The position numbers and the translations under genes were made by a program. From assembly GCA_036728705.1 (NCBI GenBank), contig DAIMTK010000010.1, positions 3,541-67,540 of the forward strand: DNA of 64,000 nucleotides, read 5' to 3'. Every line of letters begins with the position of its first letter. Position 1 is the stretch's first letter. The notes beneath the pieces are model-generated. The model made no database searches. It saw only the letters and a program-made list of their open reading frames with translations, and was not told where the DNA came from. The DNA comes from Kosmotogaceae bacterium (lineage in GTDB: Bacteria > Thermotogota > Thermotogae > Petrotogales > Kosmotogaceae). Positions 48,815-57,165 of the stretch are shown in pieces.

Positions 48815-49585
48815 GTGAGAGAGTATCAGAACAAATCGCTTGAGAAAGCATTGAGTATTCTAGACTGTTTTTCGAGAGAACAGAGGGAATTGACAGCCTC
48901 GGAAATAGCCAGAACACTGGGACTGAACTTGAGCAGCATATACCCGCTGCTATCCACTCTGGAGAAGTTCAAGTACATAGTACGCAAAGAGAACGGCAAG
49001 TACGGCCTGGGAATCAACCTTATAATCAAAGGCAACCTCGTCCTCTCCGGACTGAACCTTATAGAGATTGCCAGGGTCCCCTTACATAATCTCGCACATG
49101 AATACAGAGGAAACGCTCATCTGGCTATTCTAAACAACTGGAAGGCTCTTATAGTAGATAGAAGTCTCGCTTCCGACAGGGTTTTTATAAACAGTATAAT
49201 TGGCTTCGAGATTCCCCTTTACTGCACTTCTCTAGGACGAGCGCTTCTGGCATTTCTCGATCCCGAAGAAATAAACTCCTATCTGAGAAGTACCGAATTC
49301 AGGAAGTTCACACCCTCGACTCCTATCGATCCAGACTCAATCCTCAAAGAGCTTAACGAAACGAGATTGAGAGGCTATGTTATAAGCGACGAAGAATTCA
49401 CTCCCGGTGAACTATGTTTCGCAGCCCCTATCTTCAACTCGCAGGGAAGAGTCGTCGCTTCGATGAATATCGCTCTGAACAAACTGAACAGGCTTCTGGA
49501 TCACGAAGTCTATGCGCTCAAAGTCATACAGACTGCGAGAGAAATATCGGGATTCCTGGGTTATATGGGACCGACCGCGGGCTAA
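48815..49585 (+). CDS. IclR family transcriptional regulator
   Basis: SLEKALSILDCFS...LTASEIARTLGLNLSSIYPLLSTLE winged HTH plus an IclR effector domain. GTG start. Confidence 0.9.
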   Translation: MREYQNKSLEKALSILDCFSREQRELTASEIARTLGLNLSSIYPLLSTLEKFKYIVRKENGKYGLGINLIIKGNLVLSGLNLIEIARVPLHNLAHEYRGNAHLAILNNWKALIVDRSLASDRVFINSIIGFEIPLYCTSLGRALLAFLDPEEINSYLRSTEFRKFTPSTPIDPDSILKELNETRLRGYVISDEEFTPGELCFAAPIFNSQGRVVASMNIALNKLNRLLDHEVYALKVIQTAREISGFLGYMGPTAG

Positions 49586-49604
49586 AGCGGGTTCTCTGAC
49601 TGCA

Positions 49605-49653
49605 ATCCCGGGACAGCTAGATCGAACATTATCTGGCGCCCCGGGATTTTTTT
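49605..49653 (+). terminator. terminator candidate after the IclR gene
   Basis: ATCCCGGG / CCCGGGAT stem (long loop) followed by T7. Confidence 0.5.
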
Positions 49654-49654
49654 G

Positions 49655-51331
49655 CTAGAGTGAAAGGTCTTTTGTCATAAGGATACCGGCTCTTTTGAGG
49701 ACTATCGGCCACATCAGCGCAGATCCGGCAATACTTATCACTGCGATTAAGAGAGTCATAAGTGAGCCGGAAAGAGAGTCTCTCAGAAGATAAGTAAGAT
49801 ACCCGAAGCCACCGACGAAACCGAAAACTATAGGTATCGAGAGAGCCACATTCACATTCTGTTTCATCGCCTTCTGAGGATTGTCCCACTTGAGAGAGGG
49901 CTTCACGACGTCAACAAACATCTGAAGGATATTCAAAAAAGTGACGCAGAGACTTCCGATTAGAAAGATAAGAACGCCTTCGAAGAAAGTTATCTTAAGT
50001 ATGATTCCAAGAGCAATTGATGACGATAAGGGTCCAATCAGGCTCAATGTCTCCACGTGCATAAACTTGACCAGCATAATACTCGAGACACTAACCGGAA
50101 GTGCTTTCAACTCCTGTAGTAGCTTTCCTTCTCTGCTGAATATCGATGTCGCGAGTCCGTTGATTCCGCCGGCGAGCGTAGAGACCAGTATACCGACGGG
50201 CAGGAATATGCCCCGGTACTCTTCCATTGCCTGTATCAGTCGGCCCAGCTCATCGGTCTGCCCGGCCACCGCTGCTATTACAAGAAGTATTGGAAAGACG
50301 ATTACGTTGCCAAATCCATTGAAAGCGAAGGCGGGAACCTTGAGAAAGTACCACCATTCTCGCCTGTACAGAGCAGAGAACGGTGTCCGCTGAATTCCGA
50401 GCAATTCTGCCATTTCGCCTTCCCTGAGCTTCGATCTCTTAGCGTAATTCTCCTGAAGACTTGAGTAGGTAGAGTAGTAAAACCTGTCGCCAAGAAACAG
50501 GAAGGCCATGAGCGCGGCTCCATGAAGCGCAACAAAGGCGAGCAACCAGAGGAAACCCTCGACAAACGGTCGCGTCAAAGCTCTCATAACGAGAATAGTA
50601 GGAGGATATACACCGGCAGTCTTGTTCAGAATTGCATCTCTGTCAGAGAAAATCCGCGCGAAGTCTTCCGGACTCATATTGGGATCTACCCTGCTCGTGA
50701 AGAAAATGAAGGCAAACGAAGCGATCAACACTCCAGCGCCAATAAAGTACACAATAGAGTCTCTGTATCGGTTGAATTTGAAGATACGCGAAAGAGGTAG
50801 AATTATGATAGCACTTATCAACAATGGCAAAACCTGACTCAGAAGAAAGGCCGCTATCATGAATAGCCAGTAAGCGATCCCGGCCCCGCTCCTTATTCCG
50901 TAGTAAATATACGGAGGCAATAAGACCACCAGAGATATGATCATTAGATCGAGAAGAACGACGAAGAACTTAGATAGAAGCACCTCTGTGGATTTCAGTG
51001 GCAGGGGAGTCAGGACCCTCATGTCATCTCCGAAGAAGAAAGTGCTGATCATGAGGAATATTCCGAACATAAGGCCAAAAATGTTCGCTATGATAAAGGG
51101 ATTTGCCAGAAAGAGTTCAAGCATTCCGGCGGCCTCGTACTGGCCATACATAGTATCCATGAGCATTACGTAGAGCGGCCCCATAGTGATCAGCAGAAGC
51201 ACAATGACTCCTACGATCAGCGCGGGCTCCCAAAGGCGCTCTCGTCGTTTGAAGTGATATACCGATCTGGGGAGATTATAGTGAGAATTAATCAGCGTCC
51301 AGGTAAGAGAAATCACCATTTTCAGTCTCAC
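49655..51331 (-). CDS. large polytopic membrane protein, putative ABC exporter permease component
   Basis: 558 aa with at least 12 hydrophobic helices. It is the last gene of the GntR-ATPase-ATPase operon. The start is uncertain (overlaps the upstream ATPase by 32-44 nt). Confidence 0.7.
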   Translation of the reverse strand: MRLKMVISLTWTLINSHYNLPRSVYHFKRRERLWEPALIVGVIVLLLITMGPLYVMLMDTMYGQYEAAGMLELFLANPFIIANIFGLMFGIFLMISTFFFGDDMRVLTPLPLKSTEVLLSKFFVVLLDLMIISLVVLLPPYIYYGIRSGAGIAYWLFMIAAFLLSQVLPLLISAIIILPLSRIFKFNRYRDSIVYFIGAGVLIASFAFIFFTSRVDPNMSPEDFARIFSDRDAILNKTAGVYPPTILVMRALTRPFVEGFLWLLAFVALHGAALMAFLFLGDRFYYSTYSSLQENYAKRSKLREGEMAELLGIQRTPFSALYRREWWYFLKVPAFAFNGFGNVIVFPILLVIAAVAGQTDELGRLIQAMEEYRGIFLPVGILVSTLAGGINGLATSIFSREGKLLQELKALPVSVSSIMLVKFMHVETLSLIGPLSSSIALGIILKITFFEGVLIFLIGSLCVTFLNILQMFVDVVKPSLKWDNPQKAMKQNVNVALSIPIVFGFVGGFGYLTYLLRDSLSGSLMTLLIAVISIAGSALMWPIVLKRAGILMTKDLSL

Positions 51332-52046
51332 TACCGGTCACCTCCAGGAAGAGTTGTTCGAGGCTTCCCTGGCCTCTCAATGTTCTGAGTTCCTCAACCG
51401 TCCCGACGAACTCGAGCTTGCCCTTGTTTATTATCCCTATTCTGTCGCAGATTCTTTCGGCCACTTCCATAACGTGTGTCGAGAAAAAGACAGTGTTTCC
51501 GGTCTTCGCATGGTTTCTCATCATCTGTTTCAGAATGAATGCCGACTCGGGATCGAGACCGACAATGGGTTCGTCCAGTATCCAGAGATCAGGGTTATGT
51601 ATGAGTGCCGCTATCAAGGAAAGCTTCTGTCGCATTCCGTGGGAGTATGTCGATATTGGGTCTTTCACCGCGTCGGCTAGCTTGAAGTTCCTTAGAAGTC
51701 TTGTCGCCCTGTCTATTCGCACTTCCGGCGGTAACTGGAAGACATCGGAGATAAGATTGAGATACTGAACACCCGTTATCTTCTCCATAACCAGCGGTTC
51801 GTCTGCAACATAGCCCATTTTCATCTTTGCCTTCACAGGTGAGGACACGATATCTATATTCTCTATGTTTATCGTTCCTTCCGTCGGTTTCAGAAGGCCC
51901 ACAATCATCTTTATGGTAGTCGTCTTTCCGGCGCCATTCGGACCGAGAAATCCAAAAATCTCACCCTTTCTTACCGATAAACTCAGACCGTCAACGGCCT
52001 TCACACTACCACTATAAACCTTGGTCAGATTCTTGATCTCTATCAT
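51288..52046 (-). CDS. ABC transporter ATP-binding protein
   Basis: GPNGAGKTT, signature YSHGMRQK, Walker B WILDEPIVGLD. Confidence 0.95.
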   Translation of the reverse strand: MIEIKNLTKVYSGSVKAVDGLSLSVRKGEIFGFLGPNGAGKTTTIKMIVGLLKPTEGTINIENIDIVSSPVKAKMKMGYVADEPLVMEKITGVQYLNLISDVFQLPPEVRIDRATRLLRNFKLADAVKDPISTYSHGMRQKLSLIAALIHNPDLWILDEPIVGLDPESAFILKQMMRNHAKTGNTVFFSTHVMEVAERICDRIGIINKGKLEFVGTVEELRTLRGQGSLEQLFLEVTGSETENGDFSYLDAD

Positions 52047-52061
52047 ATAAACCTCCGTATC

Positions 52062-52934
52062 TCAAATAGAATTTCCGTTTTCGCTTCTTACCAGAATCTG
52101 GAAAAACTCTTCCAGATCGGGAACGGAAACTGTTGCGTTGTCAATAGCGTAGAATCTTTCGACTTCTTCGTCATTTTCGGTGATCAATGAAAGCCTGTTC
52201 ATTTCCCTGCACAGAGCAAGATGTTTCTCTCCAAAGACTCCTCTTTGCGTATCCGGAGGCATGCGCACGATTCTATATTTCTCTTTCAGTCCATCGACAG
52301 TTCCTCCATAGCGGACAACTCCTCTAACCAGTATGAAGAACTCATCGGCAATTTTTTCCACCTCGGGTATCATATGAGATGTATACAGGACGGTCTTGCC
52401 AAGAATCACTTTCTCTCTTATGAACTCCAGTGTATCCTCTCTCAGAATCGGATCCAGACCCCATGTGGGCTCATCGAAAATATACAGGTCGCTGTCTGTC
52501 GCGAGAGCGAGACTGACATAGAGGGCGGTTTTCATGCCGTTGGAGAAGGTTCTTATCTTCTTTCCAAAGGGAAGTCTGTAGTGACCGATGAACTCCCTAG
52601 CCTGTTTTTCATTGAAGCTCCCGGTTATCCTGGAGGTCAATCTGATCGCCCCGGCAATATCCATGTTTTCGTAAAAGCTCTTCTCTTCAGGAACGAAGGA
52701 AAGCATTCCCCTGACTTCATCGACTTTCTTCCCAAACAGCTCTATACTCCCCGAATAATCGATGAAACCGAGAATCGATTTCAGGACGGTGGTCTTTCCG
52801 GCTCCGTTTGGACCGAGGAGGGCATAGACCCGCTGGCTCTCTATTTCGAGATCGACTCCCCTTACCGCTTCGACACCCCCCGGGTAAGTCTTCACAAGGC
52901 TGTTGATCTTCAGGACTAGTTCTGGTCTTTCCAT
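52062..52934 (-). CDS. ABC transporter ATP-binding protein (paralog of 55880..56734)
   Basis: GPNGAGKTT, FSNGMKTA and IFDEPTWGLDP. It aligns along its whole length with the 55880..56734 product. Confidence 0.9.
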   Translation of the reverse strand: MERPELVLKINSLVKTYPGGVEAVRGVDLEIESQRVYALLGPNGAGKTTVLKSILGFIDYSGSIELFGKKVDEVRGMLSFVPEEKSFYENMDIAGAIRLTSRITGSFNEKQAREFIGHYRLPFGKKIRTFSNGMKTALYVSLALATDSDLYIFDEPTWGLDPILREDTLEFIREKVILGKTVLYTSHMIPEVEKIADEFFILVRGVVRYGGTVDGLKEKYRIVRMPPDTQRGVFGEKHLALCREMNRLSLITENDEEVERFYAIDNATVSVPDLEEFFQILVRSENGNSI

Positions 52935-53290
52935 ATCTCCTTGATCACCTCCAGGAGCTTCTCAAAAGGAATCCCTGACTTCTTGAGGCGAAGTATGGGC
53001 TCTCTAAGCTCACCTGAAAGATTATCGAACACAGAGTCTCTCACCTGTTCTTCATTACTTACTACTATATACCCCAAACCCTGTCTTGCCATAATGGTGC
53101 CTTCCATCTCGAGTTCTCTGTAAGCTCTGGCGACGGTGTTAGGATTTACCCTTATCTGAGAGGCAAGCTCTCTTATCGAGGGAAGAGTATCTTCTTCGTT
53201 CAGGTTTCCTTTCATAATCTCTTCCCTCACTCCTCTCTTGATCTGGTCATAGATAGGTGAGGGAGATCTCAAGTCGATATTAAGCCACAC
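52916..53290 (-). CDS. GntR family transcriptional regulator, YtrA subfamily (short, 124 aa)
   Basis: PIYDQIKRGVREEIMKGNLNEEDTLPSIRELASQIRVNPNTVARAYRELE winged HTH with a short C-terminus. GTG start behind AGGTGA. Confidence 0.9.
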   Translation of the reverse strand: MWLNIDLRSPSPIYDQIKRGVREEIMKGNLNEEDTLPSIRELASQIRVNPNTVARAYRELEMEGTIMARQGLGYIVVSNEEQVRDSVFDNLSGELREPILRLKKSGIPFEKLLEVIKEIWKDQN

Positions 53291-53418
53291 ATTATCACCT
53301 TCGATTTAGTCTAGTATCTCATATCCGGGAAGATATGGAGGTGAAATGCCAGAACCGGACGAGAGAGGCCGGAAGAGCCGGAACCCTCTCCCGCCTCAGT
53401 CCTCTCCGGCAGACATCT

Positions 53419-55032
53419 CTACTTCTGGTCTTTCACCCACTGCTCCAGAAGGTCTATTAGCTCTACAGCCACGTATCCCGGCCTATCATACTCTTCAATT
53501 CCCTTTATTGTGCCGTCTGTCTCGTTGAATATATGGTTCAAATTCGGTAGCAACTTCAGAGTGACGTTCTCCCTATCTCCCAGCCTCTGGGCAAATATGT
53601 CGAAATAGCCGGCAGGGCTCTGGAAGTCAAGCTCGGCGTTGACTATCAAAACGGGCAGCTCCGTGTTTTCCAGTACGGGCATACAGAAATATCTGTCGAG
53701 ACTGTAGTAGTAAGAAGCCGTGAGACCCTGGCCGAGGTCGGTTTCAGCCGGTATCTTCTGTTCCAGAAGCTGAGTGTAGAACTCTACCGCCTGATCTTTC
53801 TGTTCCTGCGTCAGCTGATCGCCCATAAGGTCGAGAACCTGATCCATGCTTATCTGCGCCAGTTTGACAGGTGAGCCGGCAAGGACTATTACGCCGGAAA
53901 CACCCGCTTCTTCGGCAATCCAGGGTGCTACCATTCCTCCCATCGAATGACCCGCAAGATAGATCCCGCTGAACTGAGGAATGCCTTTCATCTGGGCGAT
54001 AACCGTGAGAGCGTCCTCAATATACTCGGCCTCCGCACTTATTCCGATCTCGGCTACTTTGTCGGGATAAACCAAGTATCTCTTTGGATATCTAAGAGTG
54101 GCTATCCCTCTGGAAGCGAGACCGACGGCGATATCTCTGTAAGGTTTGTTGGATCCCAGCGTACCGTCAACATCGTGTGTTCCCGATCCCTGAAGGATTA
54201 TAACGAGCGGATAGGAGTCCAAACCTCCAGGAACCATGAGCTTTGCGGGCAGATAGTACGGTTCACTTCCGACGGTTATATCCTGCTCGATGTAGCTCGA
54301 CGAATCGGCGTAGTCTGGAAGAGGTCTATCCGAGTACGACGACGGGCGCACAAAGAATCCGGCGACCATGTTGCCGCTGTCGACTGTAACCGTGACATCG
54401 AAGACCCCGGCCTCGAATTTAGTAGTCATTACGTATGACATGAGCCCGTCGTTCTCGATCTTCTCAACGTTGAGTGTCTGTAGAGGATTGCCGATCTGCC
54501 CCTTGAGTTGTCCATGAAGGCTCTTCAGGACTTCGACCGTCTGTGCTTCTTTAAGCCTTTCGCTCTGCATTTCGTAGATCTCCTCGTACTTACCCGAGAA
54601 GAAGCCGTTCAAATACTGATTGACCAATGCGTCACCCTCCATGATTTCTACAGGTTGCTTCTCGGACTTGACATAGCTCGACTGTCTGACAAAGAAGCCT
54701 GCGACTTTTTCTTCGGAGTTTACCGTAACTATCAGATCGAATATTCCCGCCCTGAACTCAGTCGCCATAATGTAGGAGACCAGCTCGCCCTGAGTGACTT
54801 CCTGAGTATCAAGAATAGCCAGAGGCTTTCCGATCTGTGACAGAAGCTGGCCCTGAAGCTTCCTTATCGCCGAGAGAGGCTGAGCCTTCTTCATGGCCGA
54901 ATCCTGTAACTCGTAGACCTCTTCGTATCTTCCTTCGAACAATCCACTTACGTACTGGCTGGCAATCTCCACGGACGCGACGGCCAGAAAGGACAAGAGC
55001 AACAAAGCCGCTAAAACTGTTTTCTTAAGCAT
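53419..55032 (-). CDS. secreted alpha/beta hydrolase with two N-terminal DUF3887-like domains
   Basis: Signal peptide. A duplicated module of about 100 aa. Nucleophile elbow GHSMGG in the C-terminal hydrolase domain. Confidence 0.8.
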   Translation of the reverse strand: MLKKTVLAALLLLSFLAVASVEIASQYVSGLFEGRYEEVYELQDSAMKKAQPLSAIRKLQGQLLSQIGKPLAILDTQEVTQGELVSYIMATEFRAGIFDLIVTVNSEEKVAGFFVRQSSYVKSEKQPVEIMEGDALVNQYLNGFFSGKYEEIYEMQSERLKEAQTVEVLKSLHGQLKGQIGNPLQTLNVEKIENDGLMSYVMTTKFEAGVFDVTVTVDSGNMVAGFFVRPSSYSDRPLPDYADSSSYIEQDITVGSEPYYLPAKLMVPGGLDSYPLVIILQGSGTHDVDGTLGSNKPYRDIAVGLASRGIATLRYPKRYLVYPDKVAEIGISAEAEYIEDALTVIAQMKGIPQFSGIYLAGHSMGGMVAPWIAEEAGVSGVIVLAGSPVKLAQISMDQVLDLMGDQLTQEQKDQAVEFYTQLLEQKIPAETDLGQGLTASYYYSLDRYFCMPVLENTELPVLIVNAELDFQSPAGYFDIFAQRLGDRENVTLKLLPNLNHIFNETDGTIKGIEEYDRPGYVAVELIDLLEQWVKDQK

Positions 55033-55119
55033 CTTTCTTTACCTCCAACTTTTGTCAATCATTACTGTTTGCCATGAAGCCTGCAGTTTATTGGAACCGT
55101 ATTTTTCCAGGTGAATCAA

Positions 55120-55890
55120 TCACAGTTCTTTTCTTTCAAAGATTTTGTAGGCAACAGCCGTAAGCACCGCCGTAATCGCCACAAGCGCCCCGAGGTATAT
55201 CCAGTCGATGTTTCCGCTCTGTGCGATATTTGAGGCCAGGATAAATGGGTACGGGTTCAGCCAAGATATCGCATCGATTATTCCGATTATTGGCAATCCG
55301 ATGACTATCACTATGCCGAAGACCACGGGCCTCACCTGATCCCTGCTGCTGACAGATAAGAGAGTAAACAACGCATAGAAGAAGACCGCTCCGGCAGCTT
55401 GCTGGAGAAGAGCCTTTAGCGAATAAATAAAACCCGTTGAATAGCCTGCCAGATTCATGAAGAGAGGCCCCAGAAGAGACAGCAACGCCGTGACCGCCAG
55501 AACCGCGGCCATGCCCGTGAAATACTTCACTCTGAAGACGTCCTTTCTATTCTTTCTGGACAGCAGGAAATAGATGGTCTTCTTGTCGAATTCCTTCGCA
55601 AAGATAGGAAAGGCGATAAGCAACACTACAAAGGGCAGAAACTGACCAAAGTTCTTTCCCTGCCACTGACTTATAAGGTAGTAATCGTCGTCGTTCAGTC
55701 TCGTAAGGCTCGAAACGTCGCCGATAAGATTCTTCAGAAAGTCCGGAAGCTGCTCAAGCTGACTGGCCATCTCTTCCATCATCTGTGCAGCATAAGGCCT
55801 CATGACTACGGTCACCACAAGCGCCATTATAAGTACGGCAAAGATTATCAATACTCTGAGCTTCATCTCGTTCAGTTCTTTATAGAACAT
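55120..55890 (-). CDS. ABC-2 type transporter permease
   Basis: Six TM helices and a large first extracytoplasmic loop. It overlaps the ATPase gene by 11 nt. Confidence 0.8.
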   Translation of the reverse strand: MFYKELNEMKLRVLIIFAVLIMALVVTVVMRPYAAQMMEEMASQLEQLPDFLKNLIGDVSSLTRLNDDDYYLISQWQGKNFGQFLPFVVLLIAFPIFAKEFDKKTIYFLLSRKNRKDVFRVKYFTGMAAVLAVTALLSLLGPLFMNLAGYSTGFIYSLKALLQQAAGAVFFYALFTLLSVSSRDQVRPVVFGIVIVIGLPIIGIIDAISWLNPYPFILASNIAQSGNIDWIYLGALVAITAVLTAVAYKIFERKEL

Positions 55891-56734
55891 TCTTATTCCC
55901 CCTTACGAGAAGGCTGAAGAAGGATTCAAGATCTACCGTCTCCTCTTTGGCGCCTTCGATTCTCTTTATCTCTTCTACTTTTTCTCTTTCTTCCGTCATG
56001 ACTTCTAGAGACTGAGCTTCCCTAACGATAGCGAGAAGACCGTCTCTGTCGATCTTTGCTTCGATTGGCAGTGAGAAGAGGGCGAATCTGTCATCCAGCC
56101 CCTTCAACTCTCCGGTGAAGAGCACCTCTCCCTTATACATTATTGAAAACACGTCGGCTATCTTCTCAACCTCGGGTATTATATGAGAAGTGTACAGGAC
56201 GGTCTTTCCCCGGTCGGAAAGCCCCCTTATCATCTCGAGCACCTCGTCTCTTCTCAGCGGATCGAGTCCCCAGGTGGGTTCATCGAATATGAAGATCTCT
56301 GCGTCCTGAGCCAGAGCGACCGAGAGATACACAGATGTTCTCATGCCGTGAGAGAAACTAGATATCTTCTTTCTGAGCGGAAGATCGAAGTTCTTCAGTA
56401 AATCGATAGCCCTAGAAGCTTCGAAGCTGTCCAGCATCATCGAGCACATCCTGACCGCCTTTTCCGGAGTGAGACTGTCATAGAAGCTCTTGTCCTCCGG
56501 AACAAACGATATTCTGCTCCGCACTTCGTCTATACCCTTACCAAGAACGCTTATCCTGCCCTGGTACTGGACCAGTCCGAGAATTGACTTGAGCGTTGTT
56601 GTCTTTCCCGCTCCGTTGGGTCCCAGAAGAGCGTTGACTTTTCCCGGTACAATATTCAGATCGATTCCCTTAACCGCCTCGAAATTTCCGTAACTCTTTC
56701 TCAGTTTGCCCACTTCAATCGTCTTTTCAGACAC
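55880..56734 (-). CDS. ABC transporter ATP-binding protein
   Basis: GPNGAGKTT, FSHGMRTS and IFDEPTWGLDP. GTG start behind GGGAGTGG. Confidence 0.9.
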   Translation of the reverse strand: MSEKTIEVGKLRKSYGNFEAVKGIDLNIVPGKVNALLGPNGAGKTTTLKSILGLVQYQGRISVLGKGIDEVRSRISFVPEDKSFYDSLTPEKAVRMCSMMLDSFEASRAIDLLKNFDLPLRKKISSFSHGMRTSVYLSVALAQDAEIFIFDEPTWGLDPLRRDEVLEMIRGLSDRGKTVLYTSHIIPEVEKIADVFSIMYKGEVLFTGELKGLDDRFALFSLPIEAKIDRDGLLAIVREAQSLEVMTEEREKVEEIKRIEGAKEETVDLESFFSLLVRGNKNVL

Positions 56735-56761
56735 TCAGACCACTCCCTTTTCATCTATCAC

Positions 56762-56797
56762 AACTGTACTATATCAAATAGTACAGTTAGTTGTCAA
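56762..56797 (-). promoter_or_regulatory. promoter with overlapping perfect 10-bp inverted repeat (repressor operator candidate)
   Basis: On the minus strand: TTGACA (56797..56792)-N18-TATAGT (56773..56768). The palindrome AACTGTACTA-N7-TAGTACAGTT (56762..56788) covers the spacer and the -10. Confidence 0.65.
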
Positions 56798-57092
56798 GGG
56801 GGACATCCTCTTTTTTTGAAACTCCCGCTTTTTCTTCCAAAAAAACCATTCCACATGCAAAAAACACACTCACTTTTTCGCCAGATTTTGACCATTGAGC
56901 TGTGATCCTTTATCAATTAGGCTTACGAGGGTTTTCCTGATTCAGAAAATTGTGAAGTGTTCCCATGAACTTCGGAGTAAATGTACCCATACGATCGGAA
57001 AAACGAACTTATACTCTTATTGGAAAGCTAGAAGAGGTCACCTGAGAGGTTCTGTTTAAGATATATGACCCCCGACCCGTTTAGACCGAGAG

Positions 57093-57123
57093 AGGGGGGT
57101 GACCATCCCCCCCTTTCATTTTT
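57093..57123 (+). terminator. G/C-homopolymer hairpin plus T-rich tail in the leader of the first LVIVD gene
   Basis: AGGGGGG-tgaccatc-CCCCCCT followed by TTCATTTTT, 43 nt upstream of the ATG at 57166. No upstream plus-strand gene is present. Confidence 0.4.
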
Positions 57124-57165
57124 CAGAGACAGTTCGAATCCCCACTGTCGAAGAGAGGTGAGAAC

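Noticed and set aside
57128-57149. GTTCGAATCC, a tRNA T-loop-like string. It could mark a tRNA gene or a tRNA-derived attachment site.
   Set aside because: - The flanking bases cannot form a 5-bp T-stem around a 7-nt loop.
- No acceptor, D or anticodon arms can be drawn.
- The same core recurs at 58212 in a non-tRNA context.
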